Below, one piece after another: positions 22,700-32,157 of a stretch of 64,000 nt of DNA. The position numbers and the translations under genes are program-made. The notes beneath the pieces were generated by a model that saw nothing but the letters and a program-made list of their open reading frames with translations, was not told the DNA's origin and made no database searches. This DNA is from Phycisphaerae bacterium (lineage in GTDB: Bacteria > Planctomycetota > Phycisphaerae > UBA1845 > Fen-1342), in NCBI GenBank assembly GCA_963675745.2, contig CAXXWX010000019.1, positions 64,001 to 128,000 on the forward strand. Direction: 5' to 3'. Position 1 is the first letter of the stretch, and each line of letters begins with the position of its first letter.

Positions 22700-25600
22700 A
22701 CCCGTCCGAACAGAAAATCGCCACCATGCTCGGCGCCGTGTTCCGCCATTGGCGGCGCGAACAGCTCGGCTGGTTCACTACGACAACTGCCGCCGCGATT
22801 CTCGCCTGGCTGCTGACCCTGATTATTCTGGACAATCTGGCCATGCTACCGGCGGCTGTGCTGCTGATTGCCTGGGCAGCCCTCCTGCTGACCTTAACCG
22901 TCCGGTCCATTCTGCTGCTTCACCGGTTGACCAGCGGGCGACCTTCGGCGACCCGGTTGGCGCTGCTTTACGAACGCCGAGCGGACAATCATGACAACCG
23001 TCTGATCAACTCGGTGGAGTTTCTCGGATCGCGCCGGGCTCGGCGTAATGCGCTGGCCCAAGCCGCCGTCGTCGAAAACGCCGCCGCACTCGATCTGCGC
23101 ACGGCGCGCCTGGCGGGTGATCTGCGCGCGTCGCGTCGTTTGGCGAAGGCCGCCGTCGCTTTGCTGGTGGTGATGATTGCCTACTCGTCGGCTCGCCCGC
23201 TGTGGGTCGGTAATGCCATCGCCCGGCTCTTCACGCCGTTTGCCCCGGTCACTCACCTGCTGGCCACCGTCCCCATCGTATCGCCCGGCGACGCCGACCT
23301 GATCGAAGGCCAGCCGTTCAACATCAAGGCTGCCATCGAGGTAACGCGTTACAGCACGGTCCCGCGACGAGTCCTGCTCGAATACCGCGTCGCCGATCTC
23401 ACCTGGCAGGAATTCACCATGCGACCGCGCGGCGAGAGCGAATTCAGCTACGAATTCAGCGCGGTGCGGCGATCGTTCGCATACCGCGTACGCGCCGGCC
23501 GCTCACTCAGCCCCACATATCATGCCAGCGTGCAACCCCGACCGCGCGTTGAGGCTCTGCAACTCACCGTTACGCGGCCAGCCTATGCCGGCGCCCAGAC
23601 CAGACGGTTGCCGCCCAACATCGGCGACGCGACGGTGCTCGCCGGATCACAGGTCGGCATCGAGATTACGGCGTCGGCCCCGCTGTCCGCGGCACACGTG
23701 GAGTTCTCCAGCGGCCGCCGAGTGGCGATTCCAATCGCACCGGCCGACCTGCACCGGGGACAGGTGTCGTTGGCGGTGTCAAACACGGATGCGTACACAA
23801 TCCATGTCGCGGATACCGCCGGTCTTGCGAACATCAACCCGCCCCAGTACGCGCTGACCGTGACACCCGATCAGGTCCCGCTGGCCATCGTTACCCGGCC
23901 CGGGCGCGACCTGATCCTCCCTGGCAACGCGTCGCTGGAACTCACCATCGAAGCTCAGGATGACATCGGCCTGACGACCATCGAGCTGCAAACGCGCGCC
24001 CCCGACAGAGACTGGTCGACTGATCAGGAGTGGCCGGTGGAACCCAGCGGGGCGCGGCACTTCCTACAGAGAGCCGCGATCGACCTCGGCACGCTCGGAC
24101 TGAATGTCGGTGATACGCTGCTCTATCGCGTCGTGGCGCATGACAACTGCCGGCCGGCCCCCAACCTGGGGATCGGCCGCACCTGGGCGGTGACCATCGC
24201 CGAGCCGGATGATAGCGCCGCATTGCTGGCGGCCCAGACCAGGCGTCTGCTCGAAGCCCTGCACCGGATTCTCGCGCTGCAGCGCGAGAACCGCGCCGCC
24301 GTGGACATGGATCGCCCAACCGGGCCCGTACGCGGCCGACAGGAACAGATCCGCGATCTCACCGCCGCGCTCGTCGCCGAGCACGCTCAGGATCTGCGCC
24401 CGCGCGAGCACGTGATCGCCGAGCTTGTGGCGTTGGCGGATGGGCCGATGCTCGACGCGGTTCAGAAACTCGGGGACTACGCGGGCGACTACAAGCAGCG
24501 CTTCAAGCTCAAGCCCGCCCTGCTGGAGTTGATGGATCACATCATCGCCCGATTGGCGTCCCTCGTGGGGCAACTCGAACAGTCACTCGCCAGCGCCGCC
24601 CAGGCCCAGCGCGTGCTGGAGCAACTTCAGACCGAGCAGCGCGAGCAGGCGCTTCAGGATATCCGCGAACTGCTCACCAGGCTGCGCGACTTTCTGCCCG
24701 AGCAGGACAAGGTCATCGAGCAGACCGAGGAGTTGGCCCGCAAGGGCGACGACCTGACATCCGGGGATATCGAGACGATTGAACGCCTCAAAGGCATCGA
24801 AGACCGCTGGGCGGAGATTTTCCTGGACAGCGTTCGCGATATCACCAAGCTCACCGAACAGGGTTTTGCCGACGAAACGATCGCCAACGATTACAAGGAG
24901 ATGGTCGAACAGATCGAGGAAGCGAGTCTCAACCTAACGCCTGATCTCGTCGAGCTGGCCGTCCCGCGTGAACAGTCCGGACGCGAGTTAGCCGAATCCC
25001 TCGTCGAGGAAATGGAGATGTGGCTTCCAAACTCACCCGACTACATTCAGTGGGTCATGGAAGAGCCTCTCGATTTCCCGGAGATACCTATGGTTGACCT
25101 GCCCGACCAGCTCTGGGATTTCATCGGCGACTTGATCGAGGAGCAGGACGAGCTCAACGATGCCGCCGAAGACGTCACCAGCGCCTGGGCCGATTCACTG
25201 GCCGAAGGTGCCGGCTGGGAAGTAGCCGGCGGGCCGATCAGTAATTTCAGCGCGGTCGGGAAAACCGGGAACCAACTCCCCGACAACAACGAACTGTCCG
25301 GGCGCTCCGGCGACGGCCGTTCGGGTCGCAGCCAGGGCCAGCTCGTCGAGGACATTGCCAAGGGTCTCCAGGGGCGCAACACGCCGACTCGTATTACCAA
25401 CGACCCGTACGAGGAGGGTGTCGTCAAGGAACTACAGCAGTTGGCCACCAGCGGCGCGACCGGCGGTGGCAAGGCGCGCGGCGCCGGGCAGGAGGGTCTT
25501 CAGGGCGAGAGTCCGCCGCCGCTCTTGAAGGACATGAACTTCATGCGTGACTGGCAGCAGCGCATCCGCCAGAAGGCCGAACGCGTTGCCGGCCAGCTCA

Positions 25601-25899
25601 AGATGTTGCGCATCAACCTCCCCGACCTCGAACGGGCCCTCGAACTCATGCGTGAGGCTGAACAGGCGGGCGTGGAAGGCCGCTACGCCGAGATGTTTCG
25701 CAAACAGCAGATGGTCATGCAACGCCTGCGTCGCAGCGGGGAGCTGGCCGCCCGTGAAATCGCGCTGACGATAGAACGCGCGTACCACCTGCCCGCCGAG
25801 CAGCGCCGCAAAGTGCTCGACGGTCTGGAGGAACCCCTCCCCGAGGAGTATCAGCCGGCCGTCTACCGTTATTTTCAACAACTGAGTGAGTTGCCATGA
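22696..25899 (+). CDS. Large membrane-anchored coiled-coil protein (DUF4175-like)
   Basis: N-terminal TMs, Ig-like segments (RPAYAG, AQDDIGL), long coiled coil, Gly-rich segment, C-terminal PEEYQPAVYRYF. Confidence 0.75.
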   Translation: MNPSEQKIATMLGAVFRHWRREQLGWFTTTTAAAILAWLLTLIILDNLAMLPAAVLLIAWAALLLTLTVRSILLLHRLTSGRPSATRLALLYERRADNHDNRLINSVEFLGSRRARRNALAQAAVVENAAALDLRTARLAGDLRASRRLAKAAVALLVVMIAYSSARPLWVGNAIARLFTPFAPVTHLLATVPIVSPGDADLIEGQPFNIKAAIEVTRYSTVPRRVLLEYRVADLTWQEFTMRPRGESEFSYEFSAVRRSFAYRVRAGRSLSPTYHASVQPRPRVEALQLTVTRPAYAGAQTRRLPPNIGDATVLAGSQVGIEITASAPLSAAHVEFSSGRRVAIPIAPADLHRGQVSLAVSNTDAYTIHVADTAGLANINPPQYALTVTPDQVPLAIVTRPGRDLILPGNASLELTIEAQDDIGLTTIELQTRAPDRDWSTDQEWPVEPSGARHFLQRAAIDLGTLGLNVGDTLLYRVVAHDNCRPAPNLGIGRTWAVTIAEPDDSAALLAAQTRRLLEALHRILALQRENRAAVDMDRPTGPVRGRQEQIRDLTAALVAEHAQDLRPREHVIAELVALADGPMLDAVQKLGDYAGDYKQRFKLKPALLELMDHIIARLASLVGQLEQSLASAAQAQRVLEQLQTEQREQALQDIRELLTRLRDFLPEQDKVIEQTEELARKGDDLTSGDIETIERLKGIEDRWAEIFLDSVRDITKLTEQGFADETIANDYKEMVEQIEEASLNLTPDLVELAVPREQSGRELAESLVEEMEMWLPNSPDYIQWVMEEPLDFPEIPMVDLPDQLWDFIGDLIEEQDELNDAAEDVTSAWADSLAEGAGWEVAGGPISNFSAVGKTGNQLPDNNELSGRSGDGRSGRSQGQLVEDIAKGLQGRNTPTRITNDPYEEGVVKELQQLATSGATGGGKARGAGQEGLQGESPPPLLKDMNFMRDWQQRIRQKAERVAGQLKMLRINLPDLERALELMREAEQAGVEGRYAEMFRKQQMVMQRLRRSGELAAREIALTIERAYHLPAEQRRKVLDGLEEPLPEEYQPAVYRYFQQLSELP

Positions 25900-28385
25900 C
25901 CAGGCGGCAGACAATCGCGCTCGCCGGCATGTCCCGGCTCCTGCGGTGCCGGTTACCAGGGCATATGTGGCACCGGCTTCCAGCCGGTGGATGTTGGCAA
26001 ACTAAGCACACCGTCTCGTGGGGCGCGGTCGCCCGCCACACGGCCGCCCTGCTGGCACTGCTCTTCGCCACAGCTCCCGGCATCGCAGACGATTGGTGGG
26101 ATGCCAAGTGGGACTATCGCGCGCGTCTCGATTGCCCCGCGGGCGCCGGTGACGTTGCCTACGCGACGATCAACACCGCCGGTCGCACGGCCGAAGACGG
26201 TTGTGATCTGCGTCTGGTGGATAGCGCCGGTCGCCTGCGTCCCTTCGAAATCCTCCACCACGATCCACAGCTTGCCACGCTGATCTGTTTTCAGGTTCCG
26301 CCGGGCGAGGCATCGAGCGTCTGGCTCTACTACGGCAACAGCCGCGCGCGCCCTATAGAGACCAACTATCCGACTCGCAAGTCACAGCATGAAGCACGTG
26401 AGCGCTGGGAACAGGTCGAACAGGAACGCCAGCGCATCATCGGCCTGCGTCGCCCACAGGAACGCCGCCTGCACGAACTGCGGCGCAAACTTGACGAGGC
26501 CGAAAGCGCCGGCCAGGAGCCAACCGCCCGCAGTTATCGTCAGCAGATCGCGCGCATCGAAGAGCAGCTTGCCGACATCGGCCCCGTGCCCGAGAACCCC
26601 CGGCCGACCACGACCGGTCCGTGGCAGCGTCATCGGGGTGTTCTGCTACGCACCTACCGCAAGGCCAAGGAGACCCACCCGGCCACGCTGCGCGAATTCA
26701 ACGCGCTCAAGCGACACAGCGAAGCTGAAGGCGCCGCATTTCGCGGCGCAATCTCCGACGGCTTCAATCCGTTCGGCACCAGCGACAACTATCTCAGCGA
26801 ATACGACGGCTTCCTGCAAATCCCCGATGATGGTGAATACGGCTTCTGTACCGTCAGCGATGACGGAAGCTGGCTCTACATCAATGATCGGCTGATCGTC
26901 GAGTGGCCGGGAAGCCACCGTTTCGAAGAAGGCGCGCACGGCGAGAAGAACGGCACGCTGCGCCTCAAGCAGGGCATCGCACACATACGGTATTACCACG
27001 AGGAAGGCACCGGTGGGCAGATGGCGTATGTGGCCTGGAAACCGCCCGGCGCCGAGCGCTTCGCGCCGATCCCCCGGCGTCAGTGGCTAAGTGTGCGCGA
27101 GGCGAGCGCCGGCGCGTACCAGCCCCGCCGGGCGCCCCTCATGGCCGTCCCGGATGTCCAGGTGCTCCACACGTTCTGGGCGCCCGACTCTGAAGGGCTT
27201 CAGGCGACCATGCTGCAATGCGAAGATCACAGTTATGTGGAGCGCGGCGAGATCGAATCGGTGCGCTGGTCATTCGCCGATGGGCTCGAAGCCGATGGGC
27301 CGTCCGTGCAACACGCGTTGTTTCGCACAGGTCGGCCGACCATCACGCTCACCGTCACCGATCGTCGCGGGCGCGAAGACAGCATCACCTGCGCGCCGCG
27401 TATCTTTCAGGTCGATGTGGTCGCCGCCTACTTCCGCTATGGCAGCCCGGAGGAGTATCAGCAGTCGGCGGCGGATTATGATGTCGAACACATGAACCGC
27501 GACGACCTGGACCAATACGCGCGCTTCTGGAACCTGGTGGAAGACTGGCCGCAGCATGCCCGCGCCGCTGATGCGTTTGTTCGTCGTTTCCCGGATCACG
27601 CCGACGCACCGAGTCTTGCGGCTACGGGTGCCAAGGCATACCTCGATCCGGGCATCTACGATGCGGCACGCGCCGACCAGCTCTTGCGGACGATCAGCGA
27701 GAGCACCGAGCGGACGAACGCCCGACGACGGGCGCGCCTTGACCGTGCGCATCTGCTCGCCTGGCATCTCGGTCAGCCGGCCGCGGCCAGGAGCGTCTAC
27801 GACGAGATATATGCGGCAGTTGAGGATGACCAGCGCAAAGGCCCACGCATCATGGCGCGCGAGTGTCTGATCGGGGTTGCCGACGTGGCGTTGCTGGAAG
27901 GTCAATACGAGCAGGCGGAACGCGGCTATCGTGACGTCCCGCCCGTCGAGCGGCGTACGATTGAGCTGCCGGAATTGCTGTCCAAGACCGGCGGCAACGC
28001 CTACGTGGTCGACGATCTCATCCGCCGCGGGGAATACGAGTGGGCCCGCCGCGCGCTTGACCGCTGGGAAGACGAGTTTCCCGTGCAGAAGCTGGAGGGC
28101 TATACGTTTTTTCTGCGCGGCAAGGTGCTGTTCATCGAGGCTCCCGGCGAACTGGCCCTGCGCTACCTCGAGCTGGCCGAAAGCGTTGCCCCGAAAGCGG
28201 TTCACGTGCCGGAGGCGGTTTGGCTGCGCGCCAACTGCTTGATGGCGCTGGGGCGCTATGAAGAGGCCGCCCTGCAATTCACGCGCATCGCGCACGAGTT
28301 TACCTACTCGGAGTTCTTCGGGCGCGTCGATGAAAAGCTCAGGGAATGTCGCGAGGCAATGGAAGATGCTCCCCCGCCCGAGTAA
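25896..28385 (+). CDS. Secreted DUF2341-like + PA14 + PKD + TPR protein
   Basis: WWDAKWDYR/DLR N-terminus, YGFCTVSDDGSWLYIND (PA14), WSFADG..TLTVTD (PKD), C-terminal TPR helices; true start uncertain. Confidence 0.7.
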   Translation: MTRRQTIALAGMSRLLRCRLPGHMWHRLPAGGCWQTKHTVSWGAVARHTAALLALLFATAPGIADDWWDAKWDYRARLDCPAGAGDVAYATINTAGRTAEDGCDLRLVDSAGRLRPFEILHHDPQLATLICFQVPPGEASSVWLYYGNSRARPIETNYPTRKSQHEARERWEQVEQERQRIIGLRRPQERRLHELRRKLDEAESAGQEPTARSYRQQIARIEEQLADIGPVPENPRPTTTGPWQRHRGVLLRTYRKAKETHPATLREFNALKRHSEAEGAAFRGAISDGFNPFGTSDNYLSEYDGFLQIPDDGEYGFCTVSDDGSWLYINDRLIVEWPGSHRFEEGAHGEKNGTLRLKQGIAHIRYYHEEGTGGQMAYVAWKPPGAERFAPIPRRQWLSVREASAGAYQPRRAPLMAVPDVQVLHTFWAPDSEGLQATMLQCEDHSYVERGEIESVRWSFADGLEADGPSVQHALFRTGRPTITLTVTDRRGREDSITCAPRIFQVDVVAAYFRYGSPEEYQQSAADYDVEHMNRDDLDQYARFWNLVEDWPQHARAADAFVRRFPDHADAPSLAATGAKAYLDPGIYDAARADQLLRTISESTERTNARRRARLDRAHLLAWHLGQPAAARSVYDEIYAAVEDDQRKGPRIMARECLIGVADVALLEGQYEQAERGYRDVPPVERRTIELPELLSKTGGNAYVVDDLIRRGEYEWARRALDRWEDEFPVQKLEGYTFFLRGKVLFIEAPGELALRYLELAESVAPKAVHVPEAVWLRANCLMALGRYEEAALQFTRIAHEFTYSEFFGRVDEKLRECREAMEDAPPPE

Positions 28386-29505
28386 GCGCACCGTTGGCCA
28401 GGCCTTGTGCCTTTGGTCACTGCTGTGCTGCGCGTTCGCAATGCCCGGTACACCACCGCACGCCACAAGCCAACCGACAACCAGGCCCGGGGAACGCGCC
28501 AACCTGCCGGCCAATGGCAGATTCGAGCAGGTCAACGCCAAGACCGGCCTGCCGGTTGGCTGGACCAGCCAACGGCCGGACAACGTCAAGACCACACTCA
28601 GCGATGATCGCTTGCGCCGCCGCGTCGTCGAAATGACCGGCGACAAAAAACTGATGGGCGGCTATGGCGTTGATCTGCTTAGCGGTCGGATTCCCTGCAA
28701 GGCCAACACGTACTACCGTTGCACCGGCTACACGCGCTCCGACGGCCCGAACATGAAGGTTTTTGTGAAGGGCTATGCGCGCGTTACACGGCGCGTCGAG
28801 GGCAAGCTGGAAACGTTCGACGACCAGGTTTACCAGACACGCAAGGACATCGCGCCGACCGAGGAATGGACGCCCTTCTCGCTGGACTTCCACATCGTAC
28901 CGTCCGACGTTTTCAGCGATCATCAGCATGAAATCGAGTATGTGCGCATCAAGCTCTGGGCGTACTGGCCGGCGGGCACGTGTTGGTTCGACGACATCCG
29001 CTTCGTGGAGCTCGACCCGCTGGCGGCGTCGCAACAGCGCGACAAGCGTCCGGTGACCCATATGGACGTGCCGCCGCGACTGCTGCCCAGCGTGGAAGAC
29101 GACGGCGCGGTTGACGAAGCCGACCTGTGGCGTGCCGCGCTGAACGCTTTTAACGACGGGCGCGCGGCGGAGGCCTGGCCGGTGGTCGACGAACTGCTGT
29201 CGCGTGCGCCGGAGAACATCGACTACCACGTGCTGGCGGCCCGCTGTCTAGTAAAGCTAGAAAAACTGGATTTGGCGGAAAAGCAGGTGTCGTGGCTCTT
29301 GGCCGGCCAGCGCAAGCTCGAGCCGTGGCAGCGCGACTGGACGCTTGTGGTCCGCGGCAAACTGCTGTGGCTACGCGAACGCCGGGCCGACGCTGTCGCA
29401 TGTCTTGAAGACGTTGTCCGCTCTGCTGCGTCCGAGCACGCCCGGGCGGCCGCACGCCAATTGCTGCTCGACATGAGGCAGACGTCGCAGCCGTCCAAGC
29501 CGTAG
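28366..29505 (+). CDS. Secreted carbohydrate-binding-like + TPR protein
   Basis: Signal peptide, NGRFE...PVGW and WFDDIRF jelly-roll motifs, TPR-like C-terminus. Confidence 0.65.
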   Translation: MLPRPSKRTVGQALCLWSLLCCAFAMPGTPPHATSQPTTRPGERANLPANGRFEQVNAKTGLPVGWTSQRPDNVKTTLSDDRLRRRVVEMTGDKKLMGGYGVDLLSGRIPCKANTYYRCTGYTRSDGPNMKVFVKGYARVTRRVEGKLETFDDQVYQTRKDIAPTEEWTPFSLDFHIVPSDVFSDHQHEIEYVRIKLWAYWPAGTCWFDDIRFVELDPLAASQQRDKRPVTHMDVPPRLLPSVEDDGAVDEADLWRAALNAFNDGRAAEAWPVVDELLSRAPENIDYHVLAARCLVKLEKLDLAEKQVSWLLAGQRKLEPWQRDWTLVVRGKLLWLRERRADAVACLEDVVRSAASEHARAAARQLLLDMRQTSQPSKP

Positions 29506-29532
29506 CGACGCCGGACGCACATCCCCCCCACC

Positions 29533-29548
29533 TGTTTCACGTGAAACA
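29533..29548. promoter_or_regulatory. parS site (perfect consensus)
   Basis: TGTTTCACGTGAAACA, 16-bp palindrome about 100 bp upstream of parB. Confidence 0.92.
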
Positions 29549-29645
29549 CAAATCGCACGCCGGCCAGCTCGGCAATGGCGGCGGTAGTATTGACACTCGG
29601 GGCATCTGGCGCTCTACTTCACACATACACCATATGGAGGACAGT

Positions 29646-30548
29646 ATGTCAAAACCAACGCAGCGTCTCGGCCGCGGCCTGAGCACCCTGGTGGGCAGCC
29701 GACCAACCGCAGCCATCCCACCAACGGACGTGACTGATAGCGATCGCGATGAACACACGGTGGACGTCCCCGTTGATGCCATTCGTGTGAACCCCAGACA
29801 GCCGCGGACCGTCTTCGACGATCAAGCGCTGGAAGGTCTCGCCGAGTCAATTAAAACTCACGGCCTCATGCAGCCGGTGGTCGTCCGGCCGTTGGGAAAT
29901 GGGCGGTACGAGCTCATCGCCGGCGAACGGCGTTGGCGCGCGTGTCGCCTGGCTGGTGTGACCTCCGTAGCCGCGGCTGTTCGCAAATGCTCGGACGCCG
30001 AGGCGCTTGAACTGGCCCTGGTGGAAAACCTCCAGCGGGAGGATCTGAATCCGATAGAGCGCGCCATGGCCTATCGCACGTATATCGACGAGATGCGCGT
30101 CACCGCCGAGGTGCTGGCGACGCGGACCGCCCAGAGTCGGGCTAATATCGCTAACTACTTGCGCCTACTTAATTTTGGCGATGAGATTCGCGCGATGGTC
30201 AATGATGGCCAACTGGGAATGGGGCAGGCGCGTGCAATTGCCGGCATTAGTGACGCACAGCGTCAGTTGGCTGTGGCACGCATGGCGGTACGGCGAAACC
30301 TGTCCGTACGCCAGGTGGAACGTTTGGCCACGGGAAGCCAGCCTGTGCGCGCCAAGGAAGACGGTGCAAGCGGTGCGGAGCGACACCAGAGTGAGGTTGA
30401 GGCGGCGCTGAGCAAGTCGCTGGGCATGGCGGTGAAGCTGCATTCCGGCCGCCGAAAGAACTCCGGGCGCGTTGTGATACACTACAAAGACCTCGAGGAG
30501 TTTGATCGCATCGCGCAGAGGCTTGGGGGAAAGAGGGAGTTGGAGTAA
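29646..30548 (+). CDS. parB: Chromosome partitioning protein ParB/Spo0J
   Basis: LGRGL, NPRQPR, LIAGERRWRA, LVENLQREDLNPIE; GGAGG RBS before ATG 29646. Confidence 0.95.
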   Translation: MSKPTQRLGRGLSTLVGSRPTAAIPPTDVTDSDRDEHTVDVPVDAIRVNPRQPRTVFDDQALEGLAESIKTHGLMQPVVVRPLGNGRYELIAGERRWRACRLAGVTSVAAAVRKCSDAEALELALVENLQREDLNPIERAMAYRTYIDEMRVTAEVLATRTAQSRANIANYLRLLNFGDEIRAMVNDGQLGMGQARAIAGISDAQRQLAVARMAVRRNLSVRQVERLATGSQPVRAKEDGASGAERHQSEVEAALSKSLGMAVKLHSGRRKNSGRVVIHYKDLEEFDRIAQRLGGKRELE

Positions 30549-30553
30549 GACCG

Positions 30554-31414
30554 ATGTCCAATCCGCGCCCGGCCCAGCAGGCGGGCCGATTCTACCCGCA
30601 GGATGAGAACTCCTGTAGAGGGTTGCTCGGCAAGTGTTTTGAGGGTACGAGCGGCGTGCCGGCTGCTGTCGGGGCGGTCGTGCCGCACGCCGGGTGGGTG
30701 TATAGCGGCGCGACGGCCGCGCTGGGGATTGCGGGCGTGGTTGGCTCTAATCCGGACACGGTGGTGATCTTCGGGGCTGTTCACGTGATGTGCCGTGATA
30801 TCGCAAGCGTTTTTGATCTGGGTGCATGGGCGACGCCATTGGGGTCGCTCGAGGTGGATGAGGCCCTTGCGGCGGCGTTGGTCGGATCGGAACTCATGCG
30901 GGCGAATCGGCAGGCGCATGAGCGAGAGCATTCGATCGAGGTTCAGCTTCCGTTGCTGAAGTACGCCGGTGGGGATATGAAGATTGTACCGGTGATGGTC
31001 GCACCGTGTGTGGAGGCGGTGGAGGTGGGGCGAGAGGTGGGGCGTGTGGTACGCAACTGCGGCAAGCGGGTCGCTTTTCTGGCGTCAACGGACTTGACGC
31101 ACTATGGTCCGGCGTTTCAGTATGAGCCGGCGGGGCATGGTCGGGAGGGCATTCGGTGGGCGAAGGATGTGAACGACCGGCGTTTGATCGGGCTGATTGA
31201 GCAGGGGGATGGTGAGGGTGTTATTGCGGACGCCGAGGCGCATAGGAGCGCATGCGGTGCCGGGGCGGTGGCGGCGCTGCTGGGGGCGATGGAGGAACTG
31301 AGGTACTCGGGGTACGAGGAGTTGCGGCACACGACGAGTGCGGATGTTGAGCTGGCGCGCGGGGGGAGTGCGGTCAATTCTGTTGGCTATGAGGCGGGGA
31401 TATTCCGGGTTTGA
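30554..31414 (+). CDS. amrB: AmmeMemoRadiSam system protein B (MEMO1 family)
   Basis: RPAxxAGRFYP, VPHAGWVYSG, EHSIEVQLP, ASTDLTHYG, CG, SVGY. Confidence 0.9.
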   Translation: MSNPRPAQQAGRFYPQDENSCRGLLGKCFEGTSGVPAAVGAVVPHAGWVYSGATAALGIAGVVGSNPDTVVIFGAVHVMCRDIASVFDLGAWATPLGSLEVDEALAAALVGSELMRANRQAHEREHSIEVQLPLLKYAGGDMKIVPVMVAPCVEAVEVGREVGRVVRNCGKRVAFLASTDLTHYGPAFQYEPAGHGREGIRWAKDVNDRRLIGLIEQGDGEGVIADAEAHRSACGAGAVAALLGAMEELRYSGYEELRHTTSADVELARGGSAVNSVGYEAGIFRV

Positions 31415-31420
31415 CAAATG

Positions 31421-31436
31421 TGTTTCACGTGAAACG
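31421..31436. promoter_or_regulatory. parS site (15/16 match)
   Basis: TGTTTCACGTGAAACG just after the amrB stop. Confidence 0.88.
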
Positions 31437-31734
31437 TTTATCACACGTGGACGGCGTGGATGTCATGGTTGATGACCTGGGCATAGATCGTGCCAGAGAT
31501 GCGCTGCGGATAAGCGCATCAAGCGTAAAGGTTTGCAATAGCAGAGCTTACAATCGAGGCTGCGAGCGGGAGCGCGCACGACCGCTCGCAAACGAACTGT
31601 GCATAGACAGCAACTTGTCCCCTCAATCCCTCCATTGACGGCCCGTCGTTTAGCATGTACCGCGCAGCAACTGCTGGCAAGCACCGCCGCTATCCGGGGC
31701 GATCGCCAGTCTCCGCGCGGGGCTCAGTTTGGTG

Positions 31735-31938
31735 CTAGTCGAGTGGCTTCACATTCTGGGCCTTGGGGCCCTTGTCTCCCTGGATTACCTCGAACTCCAC
31801 GCGCTGGCCTTCGTTGAGTGACCGGTGACCATCGGCGATGATCGCGGTCTGGTGCACAAACACGTCCGCACCGTCGTCAGAACTGATGAAGCCAAACCCT
31901 TTTGTGTCATTGAACCACTTGACCGTACCCGTTGCCAT
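31735..31938 (-). CDS. Cold-shock protein (CspA family)
   Basis: [26 protein letters not shown]. Confidence 0.95.
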   Translation of the reverse strand: MATGTVKWFNDTKGFGFISSDDGADVFVHQTAIIADGHRSLNEGQRVEFEVIQGDKGPKAQNVKPLD

Positions 31939-32157
31939 TGGACATCTACCTTGCTGCTGCGCCGAGGATCGGATCCGGTGGAAACAAACGTTGTTTCGTA
32001 GCGATTCGAGACACGGAGACCCATCCGTTCAGCGTTTAGACAGCGAAGTATGGCCCGTGTGGGATTCGGCGTCAAGAACACTCGGCCGCGAAGATTGGAT
32101 GGTTCGGGGCGATGGCCGGCCGGGATCATGCGGGTGAATTGCATTAACGGCGGGGAT

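Noticed and set aside
31437..31620. DnaA boxes (TTTATCACA near 31437, TGTGCATAG near 31598)
   Set aside because: Each has mismatches to TTWTNCACA and they do not form a cluster.
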